Assembly: GCA_014905635.1 (NCBI GenBank)
Contig: JABVCE010000005.1
Span: 186,001-250,000, forward strand
Reading direction: 5' to 3'
From: Scenedesmus sp. PABB004
Lineage: Eukaryota
Length of the DNA: 64,000 nucleotides
In this document: positions 1 through 12,744 of the stretch, piece by piece
Numbering within the stretch: position 1 is the first letter of the stretch
How the letters are laid out: every line of letters begins with the position of its first letter
Program-made: the position numbers and the translations under genes
The notes under the pieces: model-generated
Seen by the model: only the letters and a program-made list of their open reading frames with translations
Told to the model about the DNA's origin: nothing
Database searches by the model: none

Positions 1-428
1 GAGCCTTCACGACCAGCGCGGTGGACCAGCGCCGGCCGCGCCCGGCGCAGCGCACGCCTGGTCCCGGGCGGCCGGCTGGGCGGCGCCGGCACGCTCGCCA
101 GGCGCCATGCAAGCTCCCGGGCAGCTGCCGGGGAGTTGCTGGCCGCGCCAGGGAGGCCCACCAGCCGGCGGGCTAGGCCAGCGGCGCGCGCGCGTGTGCG
201 ATCGGCGCGAGAGCTGGCGGCGCCGCGAGCCGCGCCGGCGCGGCCCGCCCGTGCGCGCATTGCCCACACGCCGCCTGCGAGCTCAGGTGTGCCCAGCCGC
301 GTTTACAGCTCTGTAGACGCGCGCACCACCATGGCGACAAACTCCCTTTGAGGTGTCAAAAGCACACAAAATCGGCACGCGGCAGGAAAAACTCTACGCC
401 CGCCGGCAGCCCGGCGTCGGCGCCGCGG

Positions 429-1301
429 TTACAGCCGGCCCTGCTGACGCCGCGCCTGCTGCCAGAGCAGGCCGTACGCGCCCGTCACCTCCTCCCACCA
501 GCGCTCCTCCTCCGCGCTCATCTCGGCGGCAGCGTCCGGCGGCGCGCCCTCGCGCTCCGCTGCGCCGGCGCCGCCGCCGCCGCCGCCGCGCTGCCCCGCC
601 TCGGCCAGGAACGCCGCGAGCTCCGCCGCGGTCGCTGCGTCGAGGCGCGGCAGGCGCGTGAGCAGGCGCGTGCGGCGCGCGGGCGGGCCGTCGCCCGCAG
701 GCTCCCACGCGTCCTCCTCCTCGTCGTCATCGTCGAGGCTGGCGTCGATGCCGGCGCAGAGCAGCGCCTCGCGCACGTCCGCCCACTCGTCGGGGCCCGC
801 CCAGAACCCCTCCGCCAGCGCCGCGGGCGCGGGCGCCGGCGCCGGCGGCTGCTGCTCGCGCCCGGCGGCGCCGCCGCCGGGGCGGCGCTCCAGCAGGCGC
901 AGCAGGTCGAGCAGGCGCTGGCTCAGCGCGACGTCGCCCTCGTCCGCGCCGTGCGCGCGCAGCACGCCGACCGCAAGCGCCAGCGAGTCGCTGTCCAGCA
1001 CGCGCAGCTCGCCCAGCAGCGCCGCGCGGCCGAGCTCGTCGACGCTCGCGAGCGGCGAGCCCGCGGCGCTGCCGGGCGGCGTCGCCGCCGCCGCCAGGAT
1101 GGCCGCCGCCGTCGCGAGCCGCGCGGCCTCGTCGCGGCCGCCCGCCACCGCGTCGCGCGCGTCGGGGAGCGCCGCCACGCCGCGGCGCCGCTGCCCGGAC
1201 CGGCACGCCGCCGCCCCGCCCGCGGCGCGCCGCGCGCCGCCGAGCGAGGCCGCTGCTGCCGCCGGCCGCGTCGCCGCCGGCGCGCGCGCGTGCGGCGCCA
1301 T
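429..1301 (-). CDS. Hypothetical protein (~290 aa, apparently single exon; Ala/Arg-rich N-terminus resembles an organelle transit peptide)
   Basis: Open frame with host-like codon usage (ASVDELGRAALLGELRVLDSDSLALAV...EEERWWEEVTGAYGLLWQQ). TGTAA poly(A)-type signal downstream on the minus strand at 303-307. Confidence 0.6.
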   Translation of the reverse strand: MAPHARAPAATRPAAAAASLGGARRAAGGAAACRSGQRRRGVAALPDARDAVAGGRDEAARLATAAAILAAAATPPGSAAGSPLASVDELGRAALLGELRVLDSDSLALAVGVLRAHGADEGDVALSQRLLDLLRLLERRPGGGAAGREQQPPAPAPAPAALAEGFWAGPDEWADVREALLCAGIDASLDDDDEEEDAWEPAGDGPPARRTRLLTRLPRLDAATAAELAAFLAEAGQRGGGGGGAGAAEREGAPPDAAAEMSAEEERWWEEVTGAYGLLWQQARRQQGRL

Positions 1302-1724
1302 GCCGCGCTCGCGGTCCGGCGGACGGCCTTCCGCCCGGAGGCGCGTGCGGCGCCGCCGCAGGCGAGCGTGCGGCGCTGCTGACCGGGCGCGCGGGAGCAG
1401 CGGCGCCGCCGCTGCCGCGCGCGCGTGCGGCCGGTGTGCGAGCGGGAGGCGCGCTGCGCTAGGCCATTGGTGGCGTGGCGATGCGGGGAGAGCTTGGCAG
1501 AAGGGGATTGTGAGCGGGGAGAGCCAGCAGAAGCAGCAGCTCGAAAGCCAACCTCCCAGTGCCCCAACCCCGACGGTTGCGGCTTTGCCGCGCGTTCCCA
1601 GCCGACTGAAAGAAGCACGTCGGGTCCTCGTTCGTGCGCCGAACGGCAGCAGGCGGCTCACCTCGCTCACCAGCTCCCCATCACCGCCGCCCGCCCCCGC
1701 GAGGAGGCGCGCCACCCGCCCGCA

Positions 1725-3238
1725 ATGGGCCTTAGCAAGGCCGAGGTGCTGGCGGCCCTGGACGCCGCCGGCGTGGCGTACAGCGTGCACGAGCACGCGG
1801 CGGTGGCCACCGCCGATGCGCAGGCGCGGCCAGGGGCGCGGGCGGCGCCCGGCGCGCGCCCATTGCCCGGGCTAACGCTCCCCCGCCCTGCCATGAACGA
1901 CAGGAGCAGGCGCTGAAGGGCGTGGAGGGGCTGGTGACCAAGAACCTGTTCCTGCGGGTGCGGCAGCGGCCGCCGCTGCCGCGCGCCGCCGCGCGCCGGC
2001 CTCACGCAGCTGGCCCGCCGCAGGACAAGAAGCGGCGGCAGTACCTGATCACGGCGCTGCCGGGCACCAAGGTCGACCTCAAAGGCATGGCCGAGCCGCC
2101 ACTGTGGCGCTGTGGCGGCGGCCGCGGCGCCGGGCGGCACGCCGCAGCCGCAGCGGCAGCGCCGACCTGCTCACAGCGCGGCCCGCGCGCCCGCCGCCCC
2201 GCGCGCGGCGCAGTGCTGTCTGCGCGCCTCGGCTGCGGCAAGGGCGGGCTGTCGTGGGCGCCGGAGGAGCTGCTGGCAGAGTCGCTGCAGGTCGAGCCCG
2301 GTTGCGTGACGCCGCTGGCGCTGGCCAACGTCGCGTCGTGCAAGCACGTGGTGCTGCTCGTGGACGAGCGGCTGCGCGACGCGGGCGCGCACCTGTTCGT
2401 GCACCCCGTCGTCAACACCGCGTCCGTGCGGCTCGACTGCGCCGGGCTCGAGGCGTTCCTGCGGTGCGGCCACCACGGCGGCCGCGGCCGCGCAGGCGGC
2501 CGGCGGCAGGCGGCCGGCAGCGCGGGCGGCGGCCCGCAGCGCGCCCTGGCCGGCGCCCACGCCGGCGCCGCGGCCGCCGTGGTGCCGCGCCGCGCTGCCA
2601 CTGCGGCAGGTGGGTGGGGCGCTGCGCGGCGTATGTCGACCTCGAGGCCGAGCCCAAGATCGACCGGGACAACCCGCCCGACCTCAAGGCCCTCGCGGAC
2701 AGCGTGGAGCCGCCGCCCAAGGAGGACGGCGAGCCCCCCAGCAGCAGCAGCGCCGCGAGCAGCCAGGTCAGCCTGCCCGCCGCGGCGGCGGCCGCGGCGG
2801 CGGCCGCGGCGGCGGCGGGCGCGGCGCCAAAGGCCAAGGCCAAGGCGAGCAAGACGGCGGGCGGGCCGGCGCAGCAGAGCGCCGCGGAGCAGCACATCCG
2901 GCTGACTAACGTGGTGCAGCGCACCGACGCCATCATCCAGCTGGTGCGCGCGGGGCCAGGGAGGGCGGGGCGGCTCCCCGGCACCGCCGGCGCCAGCGGC
3001 GGCACGCGCTGCGCACGCGTGCCCGCCCGACCCGGGCCGCGCCGCGCCCCGCGCGCAGGTGGCGGCAGCGCTGACGGGCAAGCCGGCGGCGGACGCCGCC
3101 GCCGACGGCAGCGCGCTCGAGCGGCTGCGCGCGGACGTGCAGATGCAGCTGACGGCGTTCAAAAACGCAGCCTACACCGCCGGCTACACCGCGGGCCGGG
3201 ACGCCGTCGTCGCGCAGGCCACGGGGCGCTACCGCTGA
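1725..3238 (+). CDS. YbaK/ProX-family prolyl-tRNA editing protein (ProXp-ala-like) with plant-type C-terminal extension; multi-exon
   Basis: Spliced peptides HEHAAVAT, TKNLFLR|DKK, LSWAPEELLAESLQVEPGCVTPLAL, HPVVNTAS match the ProX/YbaK pattern. C-terminus FKNAAYTAGYTAG. Introns include 1824-1903 (GC-AG). Confidence 0.85.
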
Positions 3239-3493
3239 GCACAGCAGGGCACAGCGGCGCTCCTGGTGCAGCGGGGACGGCCCAACTGGTGACACGCGCG
3301 TTACCCGCCGCCGCGCCGAGCAATGCGCCCGCGCCGAGCAGGCGGCCGCCGCACGCGCAACGGCCGCCGCCAGATCTGGGCCCCCGCCCCGCAATCCTCC
3401 GAAGCGATGCGCCCGCCTGCTTGCTGCTGCGTCTGCTGCCACATCCCGCGCCAGTCAATTGTACAGATGCAGTTGGCGGCCGCCCACGCGCGG

Positions 3494-5219
3494 TCACGCG
3501 CCCGCCGCGGCTGGCACGCCGCCGCCGCCGCCGCCGTCGCCGTCGCTGCCACCCGCGCGGGGCCCGCGCGACACCCAGAGCAGCCGGCCGAGCGACTGGC
3601 TCGCCCGCAGTCCGAAGAAGAGCAGCAGCCCCCGCCACACGTCTGGCAGGCCCCAGCCCGCGCCGCGCGCGCCGGTGGTGACGTACGCGGCCAGCGCGGC
3701 CAGCGTGAGCAGGTAGGCGCGCGCGACGTAGCCGAGGTCGCGCCGCGCGAGCAGCACGCCCGTCGCGCCGACGTCGGCCGCGATGAGCAGCATCGCCCCG
3801 AGCGCGAGCGGCGCGACGGCGGCCATGTGCGGCCAGACGGCCGGGTCGCGCGTGAGCAGCTGCGGCGCCGCGAGCGGCACGCCCGCCGCGGCCGCGCCGC
3901 ACACGACGCCGATGACCGCCGCGCACGCGAGCAGGCAGCGCACCGTCGCGGCGCCCTGCGCGGCGCTGCGCGCGGCGGGCACGTACGCGAGCGCCGCCTG
4001 CTCGAGCGGCGCGGTCGTGAAGGCGAGCAGGTTCCACACGCTGCGGGCGCGCGCGCGCGGGGCGGGAGTGAGGCGCGCCCCCGGCGCGGCGGCGCGCGCG
4101 GCGGCGCGCGCGGCGGCGCGGCGCGGCCGAGGGCCGGGGCCGGCCGGCGCGGCTCACGAGAACACGGCCTGGTGCGCCGCGAGCGACACGAGCGCGAGGC
4201 TCGCCGCCGCGGTCTGGAGGAGGATGTAACAGAGGTTCTTGCTCACATACCTGGAGGAGACGGGGCGCGCAAGGGAGGGGCGTGGCGGAAGGGCGGGGGC
4301 GGAAGGGCGGGGGCGCGGGCGGTGTGTGAGCCCGCACACGGACGGGACCGCGGCGCGCCGCTGCGTGGCCGCGCCGGCGTGCGGCCGCCGCGGCCGCCGC
4401 ACGTGATGCCGAGCGGGCCCATCGTCGAGGCAAAGGCCCGCAGGTCGGCGGCGCCCGGCCGCGCGAGGCCGGGCGTCAGCGCGCTCGAGCGCCGCGCGAC
4501 GGCGTAGAGCACCGCCGCCCCGACCACCTGCGTCACGACCGTCGTCGCCGCGGCGCCCCGCAGGCCGAGCCCAAGCGCGCCGACGGCGACGGCGTTGCAC
4601 GCGACGTTGACCCCGACCGCGAGCGCGACCGCGAGCGCGGGCGTGCGGCTGTCCTGCTGCGCGAGCAGGCCGCCCTGCAGCACCATGGTGCACAGCACCG
4701 CCGGCTGCGCGAGCGCGCGAATGCGCAGGTAGGTCGCCGCGAGCGGCACAAGCGCGGGGTCGGCGCCCGTCGCCGCGATGAGGCCGTCGGCGCCGACCTG
4801 CGCGGGCGCGCCGCCGGCGGCGATGCAGAGGGGGGGGGGGGGCGGCGTCGGCGGGGACGCGTCCGGGCGCCCGGGCGACCGCGGCCTCGCCGCAGCCGCG
4901 CGGCGGCGCGCGCGCCTCGAGCAGCGCGACCATCGCCAGCCCCGCCCCCGCCGCGAGCGCGAGCGCGACGCGCAGCGTGTGCTGCGCGCGCGCGGGCGCG
5001 CCGCGGCGCAGGTCGTCGCTGATGAGGGCGATCGACGCGATCTGCAGCGCCTGCGGGGCGGAGCGGCGCGGGCGCGTGCGTGGGCGCGGCGGCGACGGCC
5101 GGCGCGCCGCGGGCGGCGCTCGCGCCGCGGCCGCCGCCGCCGGCCGTCGCGCCGCGCCCGGCTCGCCACTGTGCAGCCCCCCCTGATCCCTCCTCCTCCT
5201 CGCTCCCCGGCGGGTCAGT

Positions 5220-5300
<81 letters not shown>

Positions 5301-5882
5301 CGCACGCACGCACACACGCACCTGGAAGATGTATTGGCAGAACGCGAGCGTGATGTTGGCGGGCCCGAGCGCCGCGAGCTCGGTCGTGCCCGCGAACTGG
5401 CCGATGAACACAACGTCAGTCAGCCCCATCATCGGGTCTGCCAGCGGGATGAGCAGCCCCGGCGCCATGAATCGAACCATGCGCCCCAGCAGCGCGCCGC
5501 TCCAGGCCCAGTCGGCGGCGGACGCGGCGGCGCCGTCGCCGCCGCCGCCGCTGGCGGCGGGCCCCGGGCCCGCCGCCGCCGCGGCGCCGCACGCCACGCG
5601 GCGGCGACGCCGCCGGCGGCGGCGCCAGGGCGCGCACGCCACGGCGCTGCCAGCGGCTGCCACGACTGCTGTTGGTGCTGCTGGTGGTGGTGCTGGTGGT
5701 CGTGGTGGTGCTGCTGCTGCTGGGGACGCGCCGGCGCCCGCCGCGGCGCACGAGCTGCTGCTGCTGCGCGGCGCCCCTGCCGACGCGTGCGCGGCCGGCT
5801 GGGCCCGGCGGGGGCCACGCCAGGGGCACGGCGGGCTCACCAGCGCTGCGACCGCGTGCGGCTGCAGCGCCTGCGCCCGCAT
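3494..5882 (-). CDS. MATE (DinF/DTX-type) efflux family transporter, probably plastid-targeted; multi-exon
   Basis: Motifs LIPLADPMMGLTDVVFIGQ, ELAALGP, ATYLRIRALAQP, GGLLAQQDSRTP, GLRGAAATT, LAAHQ, GVLLARRDLGY. Confidence 0.9.
5221..5292. repeat. (CA)n microsatellite in a MATE gene intron
   Basis: About 36 perfect CA units seen directly. Confidence 0.98.
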
Positions 5883-6285
5883 CGGGGGCGCCTGCTGCTG
5901 CGCGCCTGCTGCTGCCGCGAGAAAGCCGCGCCGCGCTGGCGCAGTTGGATGAGTCGAACGACGCACACGCTAGGGGACGGAACGCGACGGCGCGATCAGA
6001 CGCCCGCGCTGCCCGCGCCGGCAGCTCGCAGCCACGCGCCGCCGCTGCCGTGCCTGCCGCGCGCCTGGCCGGCCGCGTCGCGGACTGCCAAGCGGCTAGT
6101 AGAGAGCCACTCACGTGGGACTGCGCTTGCCATGCGGGCCAGGACGAACCAACCCCACGCGGCGCCCCGGGCGAGAACCCCGCGCCGGCCTGAGAGCCGA
6201 GGAGCTCCGCCGTGAGCCGAGGAGCTCCAGCCGCCCACTGGGCGGCTGGGCCCCAGTGGGGGCGCATCCCCACTGAATCAGTGCA

Positions 6286-7258
6286 TCAGTGAATCTCTGC
6301 GCCGTCGGGGATCTCAGGGGGCACCGTGATCAAGCCCGCGCGCGTCACGAGCGGCGTCCCCTCAAACGTCGCCTGCCCGCCCGGGGCGGCGGGCGGCAGG
6401 CGTCGGGAGGAGGCCTGTGCCGCGCGCTGCGCCGCCGCGCGCTGCGGCGCAGGCTGCAGCCGCGCGCGCGCACCTTGCCGGCGCCCGCCACGACCAGCCC
6501 CGGCGCGACCTTGCGCCACTCGTCGAGCTTGATCACGGCCGGCCACTCGCCCGGCGGGGTGCTGCCGTCCAGGTGCACAACGTCGCCGGGCTCCGACCCC
6601 TCTGCGCCGCGGCGCGGCCGGCCGGCGGGTCAGCGCGCCGACGACGCGGGCCGCGCCGCGCCGCCGCCCGCGGCCGCCCGCGGCCGCGCGCGCCGCCTCG
6701 GCCGCCAGCTCCTGTCGGCGCCGCGCCGCGCGCACCCGGCGGCAGCAGCGTGCGCACGAGCAGCGCGCCGCCCGGCCCGGGCGCCTCGGCCGCGAGCACC
6801 ATCGCCTGGCTGGCTTCGCCGGCGAGCTTCGCCGGCTTCAGGTTGGCCACCACGGTCAGCAGCCGGCCGACCAGCTCTGCCGGCTGCAGGTAGGCCGCCA
6901 GGCCGGCCATGATCTGCCGCCTGTCGCCGCCGCCCAGGTCGGCCTGGAGCTTGAGGAGCTTGTCCGAGTTTGACTGCCGCTCAGCCGCCGTGATGCGGGC
7001 GACCTTGATCAGCACGCGCTGAGCCAGCAGGTCGCGCGCCCCTGGCTCGGCGCGCCCCCCTGGCCGGCTCGGCGCCCCTGGCTCGGCGCGCCCCTGGCCG
7101 GCTGGGGTGGAGGACGACGAGGCGGCCGCCGGCGGGCCGGCCGGCGCGGCTGCGGCAGCGGCAGCGGCTGCGGCTGCTGCAGCGGTTGCGGCTGCGGCAG
7201 CGGCGCCGCCGCCGGCGAGTATCGCGTCGAGCTTGGCGAGCGCTGCGTCGAGGGCCAT
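6286..7258 (-). CDS. tRNA-binding OB-fold protein (Trbp111/CsaA/EMAPII-like, as in MetRS C-termini and Arc1p/AIMP1); multi-exon
   Basis: IKVARITAAER..SDKLLKLQADLGGGDRRQIMAGL..VVANLKPAKLAGEASQAMVLAA is the canonical tRNA_bind motif series. Confidence 0.88.
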
Positions 7259-7644
7259 AGAGGCAAAGTGATGATGCGCGTCGCAGGAGGGCGCTCGGTT
7301 GTGCCGCACCGCAGTGAGGGTGCCAGAAGCCCAAGCAGCGCCGCCGCCGTCGTCCTGACGCGGCTGCTCCGCTGCCGCCCTCTGCGGCCCGCTCATCCGC
7401 AGGCCAGCGTGTGACCGTCGTTCGCTGGCCTCGCACACTCAGCCGTGCCGCCGGCGAGCGCCGCACGACGCCGACCGCCGGTCCAAGCCCTCCAGCGCTC
7501 GCCCAGCTGCGCCCAGCCCCGCCCGATCGCCCCCCGGGGCCCGCCGGGCCCCCAGGCCGTCGTCGCCGGGGCGTCGCCGGGCGGCGCGCCACGCGGCGGG
7601 CAGCAGCGCCCGCGCCGCGCCCGCTGCTGCTGCTCCCGCACGCG

Positions 7645-9749
7645 ATGGCGGGCACCGCGGCCGCCGCCGGCGCGGCGGCGACGCGCGCCTTCTTCCGCGG
7701 CGGCGCCGGCGTCGCGCTCGCGGTGTACGACACGCGGCGCGGCGGCGCGGAGGGGCGCGAGGCGGAGAAGGTCCTCGGCTTCTACCCCCCTGCCGCGCCG
7801 GGCGCGATGCAGAGCAGCATCGTGGGCCTCGCACAGGCGCTCACCATGTTTGCGGGGACCTTCAACAAGGCGCGCGGGCGCGCGCGCGGGCAGCGGCGGC
7901 GGCGGCCGGCGCGGGCGGCGGAGGGCGCTCTGCCGCGGTCCCACGCGCCGCGCCGCGCCGCGCCGCGCCGCGCCGCGCCGCGCGCCCGCAGGAGTGTCCC
8001 TTCCACACCATGGAGGCGCAGGGCCACACGTGGGCGATGTACCACGCCGAGCCCGACCTCTGGCTGCTGCTCGTGGTCGGGCGCGGCCTGGTCGGCCCGC
8101 ACTGCCTGCCCGCGAGCCTCACGGGGCTGCTCAAGGGCCTGCACGCGCTCGTGGCGCTGCTGCACGGCCTGCTCAGCACCCAGCTGGAGCAGGTGCGCGG
8201 CGGGCGGGGGAGGGCGCCGCGGCGGCAGGGGCGAGAGGGCAGCGCGGCAGCGGCGCCGGCTGCAGGCGGCCCGACCCGCCGCGCCGCTCCGCCCGGCCGC
8301 CGCCCGCTGCCCGGCGGCCGCCGCAGGACCCCTCGGGCGTGCGCGTCCGGCAGCGCCTGCAGCCACTGCTGCAGGAGGTGGCGAGCAGCCTGCTGCAGCC
8401 CGACGCGGCGGGGCTGTGGTCGCTGAGCTGCCCGCTCGGCCTGTCGGGCGGCGTGCCGCTGCTGCCGGTGTCGGCCGCGGCGTTCACGCGGCTGCAGTCG
8501 CTGACCAACGGCCTGCTCGTGACGCGCCTGTTTGGCTGCCGGCCCGTGCTGGGCGTGCTCGTGGCGTGGCAGACGTGCCTGCTGTGGAGCACGCTCGGCA
8601 GCGCCGACACCGCGGCGCTGCACAGCCTGGCGGTGCGCGGCCTGGAGCCGGCGGTGCGCGCCGGCCCGCGCCACAGGACGGTGCGCCGCCAGCGCCGGCG
8701 CGGGGGCGGGGGCGGGGCTGCCGCTGCAGCCGGCCGGCGGCCGCCGGCGCAGCCGCTGACCGCCCGCGGCGGCCGCGCGCCCTGGCACGCGCCGCCGCTC
8801 GCTGCCGCAGGTGCGGCGGCCGCTGGCGGGCGCGCAGCCAGGGCAGGCGGCTGCGCAGCAGGAGGACGTCTGCCTGGCCAGCCCGGCCTGGTGGCACTGC
8901 CGGCCCGACGGCCTCGTGCTGCCCGTGGCGCCCGCCAGCGGCGGGGCCGACGGCGCCAGCCCCACGCCCGGCGGCGCGCCCGGCGGCGCCGGCCCCAAGC
9001 TGCCGGCGGTGTGGCTGCAGTCGGGCGTCGAGCGCGCGCAGCTGGTGGCGTGGCACAGCGGCCCGCTGCTCGTCCTGCTGCTCCTCGACGGCTCGGGGCC
9101 CGCGAGCGCGAGCGCCGGCGCGGTCGCGTCGAGCCTCGCCGGCGTGCTGGCGGGCCCCGGCGGCGCGCTGAGCGGGCAGCTCGCGGGCGAGCTGCCGGCC
9201 AAGCACCTGTGGCACGTGCAGGGGCTGCGCTACCTCTACCAGGACCACCTCGCCGCGGCAGTGAGGTGCGGGCGAGGGCCGGGCGCGGGGCGCGGCGGGC
9301 GCCGCCGCCCGCCCCGGCGCCGCGCCCGACGCCGCGCCGCGCCCGACGCCGCGCGCCGCAGGGCGTCGCCGCTGCGCAAGGTTGGCACGCTGTCGCAGGC
9401 GTCGCTGCACCTCGCAGCCGACGCGCGGCGCTGGGCGGCGCTCGAGGCGGCCGCCGCGGCCGACCCCACCGCGCTGCTGCTCGGCGACCTGCCCGGCGCC
9501 GCCGCGCCCGCGCCGGCCGCGGAGGGCGAGCAGTGGGAGGCCTTTGCCGCGGGCGGCGCGGACGCGGACGTCGAGGTCGTGTGCCGCGGCGCGAACGACT
9601 GCTGGGCTGCGGCGCGGCACAGCGCCGCGGGGCGGCAGCTCACCGCCGTCGCGGAGGGCGACAAGGACCGCGGCCTGCTGGGGTTCATGCGCCGCGTGGC
9701 GCGCTTCTGCGACGAGCACGTCCCCGGCGCGTTTGACGGGCTCGCGTGA
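7645..9749 (+). CDS. CCZ1: Vacuolar fusion protein CCZ1-like (longin domains; Mon1-Ccz1 Rab7 GEF subunit); multi-exon
   Basis: N-terminal VYDTRRGGAEGREAEKVLGFYP..SIVGLAQALTMFAGTF..EPDLWLLLVV matches the CCZ1/INTU/HPS4 first longin domain. Later WHVQGLRYLY motif. Confidence 0.8.
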
Positions 9750-10161
9750 CGGCGGCGCACGGCGGCGTCGTCTGACGCAGAACCGCAGCGCCGCGCGGCT
9801 TGCGGCCTGCCAGGCCGGGTGGGTCGTCGCCGGCACTGCAACTGCGGCGCCGTGCTCGGGCTGTGCGCACGCGCCTCGCCGATCGCAGCAGCGGCTCCAG
9901 CAGCGGCAGCAGCAGGGCAGCGGCGGCAGCGGTGCCAGCCGGGCAGCAGCGGCGCCCACGCGCCCGTTCGCCAACCGGTGAGCCGGGAGCGCCCTCCCGC
10001 GACCGTCGCTGGGCCGTGGGGGGCCCGGCAGCGCGCTTGCGGCCGCGCTGTCGCGGACGGGCCGGCTGCGCATCGCGAACGCGCGTTCTGGCGCTGCGCG
10101 TGCACCGCCGACGCGCGGTGCGCGCCCTGCCGCGCGCCCGCAGACAGGGCCCCAGCAGCAG

Positions 10162-12566
10162 ATGGCCGCGGCCATGCAGGTGCGCGCGCGGGCGTCTGCA
10201 CAGCGCGCGCGGGCTGGCGGAGGGGCACTGGCGGTCCCGATCGCGGACGGGCAGCGTACTGCGCCGCGCTGCCGCGCCCACGCTCCGGCGCGGCCCGCCG
10301 CGCCGCCGCCGCTGCTCCGCCCGCGCCGCGCCCGCGGCCTCCTCTGCTGCCGACCCCCCTGGTGCGAACTGCTGCCACTCCGCCTGCCACCGCGCGCCGC
10401 AGGCGGCGACGCAGCGCGCCGGCGCCGCACGGCCGCCGGCGGCGCCGGCGCAGCTGAGCGCCGGCGGCGCCCCGGCGCAGCGGCAGCTGCAGCAGCAGCA
10501 GCGGCAGCGGCGGCGCGCGCCCGTCTGCCGCGTCGCGTCGGTCGGCCGCACGCCGGCGGCCGCGCCCGCGGCCGCGGGCGCCGACGCGCCGCCGCCCAAG
10601 CAAACGGGCGTCGCGGCGGACGTCACGGAGCTCGTCGGTGCGCGCGCGCACGGCCCGCAGGACCCCCCGCCGCTCGCGCGCGCGCCGCCGCCGCCGCCGG
10701 GCGCCGCGGCGCCGCCGACCCGCCGCGCCGCCGACCCGCCGCGCCGCGCCGCGCCGCAGGCAACACGCCGATGGTCTACCTGAACCGCGTGGCGCAGGGC
10801 TGCGCCGGCCGGGTGGCGGCCAAGCTGGAGATCATGGAGCCCTGCTGCAGCGTGAAGGACCGCATCGGGCGCAACATGATTGAGGACGCGGAGGGCAAGG
10901 GCCTCATCAAGCCCGGTGCGCCGCCGGCACGGGCGGGCGCGCGAGCGCGCACGTGCAGCGGCGCCGCGGCAGGCCGCGCGGCGGCGCGCGCCGCCGACGC
11001 GCTGCCGCCGACGCGCGCCCCGCGCCGCCGCGCCGCCGCCCGCCGCGGCCGCCAGGCGTGACGACGCTGGTGGAGCCGACGAGCGGCAACACGGGCATCG
11101 GCCTCGCATTCATCGCCGCGGCGCGGGGGTACAAGCTGGTGCTGACCATGCCCGCGTCGATGAGCCTCGAGCGCCGCATCCTGCTGCAGGCATTTGGCGC
11201 CAAGCTCGTGCTCACGGGTGCGGCCCGCCCGCGCGCGTGCCGCGCGCGCGCCCGCCCGCAGCGGCGCGGCACGACCGCGCGGCCGCCGACGTGCCGTGCG
11301 TGCTGGCGCCGCGGCGCGCAGACCCCGCCAAGGGCATGAAGGGCGCGGTGGAGAAGGCCAAGGAGATCGCGGCGGCGACGGCCGACGCGTTCATCCTGCA
11401 GCAGGCGCGGCCCCCCGCCCCCGCCCCCGCGCGCCGCCGCGCTGCGTGCTGGGCGCCGCGCGCGCCGCCGCGGCGCCGCCGCCGTGCCGCCGCGCGCGCA
11501 CACACACACACTCTCTCACAGAGCGTCTCTGGGCCGCTGCCCCTCCCCACACACCACCACACACCACACACACAGTTTGAGAACCCCGCCAACCCGGATG
11601 TTCACCGCAAGACCACGGGGCCAGAGATCTGGGCGGACACGGCTGGCACGGTGCGCACCCACCTGCCGCAGGGCCACACGCGCCCGCGCCGCGCCCGCGC
11701 CGCGCCCGCGCCGCGCCCGCCTCGTGTGCGGCGCCGCGCGCCGAGCCCGCACCGCGCGCCACGGCGCGCCAGGTCGACGTGCTCGTTGCGGGCGTGGGCA
11801 CGGGCGGCACCATCACCGGCGCGGGGGAGTTCCTCAAATCCAAGAAGCCCTCGGTGCGCCTCGTGGCGGTGGAGCCGTCCGAGTCGCCCGTGCTGTCGGG
11901 CGGCAAGCCGGGGCCGCACAAGATCCAGGGCATCGGCGCGGGCTTTGTGCCGGGCGTGCTCAACACGAGCGTGGTGGACGAGGTGGTGCAGGTGCGGCGG
12001 GCGCACGCGCCGCCTTGGCGGCGGCGGCGGCGGCTCGCCGTGCGCCGCCGCGCCGCCGCGCCGTGCAGCCCCCCTTTCCCTCCCACACACGCACACGCGC
12101 GTGCGCACGCTCGCTCGCTCCCACACGGCCTCTCACGCCCCGCCGCCGCCCGCCGCCAGGTGAGCAGCGACGACGCGATCGCGATGGCCGCGCGCCTCGC
12201 GACCGAGGAGGGCCTGTTCTGCGGCATCAGCAGCGGCGCCGCGGTGCTCGCGGCCATTCAGGTGCGGCGCCAAGTCGCGAGCCCGCGCGCGCGGCCTCGC
12301 GCCTGCTCCGCCGCGCGCGCGTGTGCGCGCCCGCCGCCGCCCGCAACGCTGCGCACCGCGCGCGCGCGCAGGTGGCCAAGCGCCCCGAGAGCGCGGGCAA
12401 GCTCATCGCGGTGGTGCTGCCGAGCTTTGGCGAGCGCTACCTCTCGAGCGCGCTCTTTGCGGGCGTGCGGGCCGAGTGCGAGGGCATGGCGGCGGACCAG
12501 CGCATCAAGATGCGCGACCAGGCGGGCCGCGAGTTCTATGTGCCCGCGCTCGCCGAGGAGCTGTGA
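10162..12566 (+). CDS. cysK: Cysteine synthase / O-acetylserine(thiol)lyase with N-terminal transit peptide; multi-exon
   Basis: [82 protein letters not shown]. Confidence 0.97.
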
Positions 12567-12744
12567 CCGCCGCTGGCGGTTGCCTTGCCCGCCGCCGGCG
12601 GCCGGCCGCGGCGGCGCACGCAGGATGTGGCTGGGCCTGGGCTGGCTCGTGGGGGGGGGGGGGGGACTGCTGGGCGTGCGGGCGCCGTGGGGGGCAGTGC
12701 CGCGCACGCCGGCCGCGTGTGACACTTGCAAGACGGCCCGCACG

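Noticed and set aside
5221..5330. HTHTHT/CVCVCV repeat peptides in the ORF track (also 33840-33990)
   Set aside because: Translations of intronic CA/GT microsatellites.
6194..6262. 15-bp direct repeat and a short ccactggg/cccagtgg stem between the tRNA-binding and MATE genes
   Set aside because: Too short to exceed chance at this GC content.
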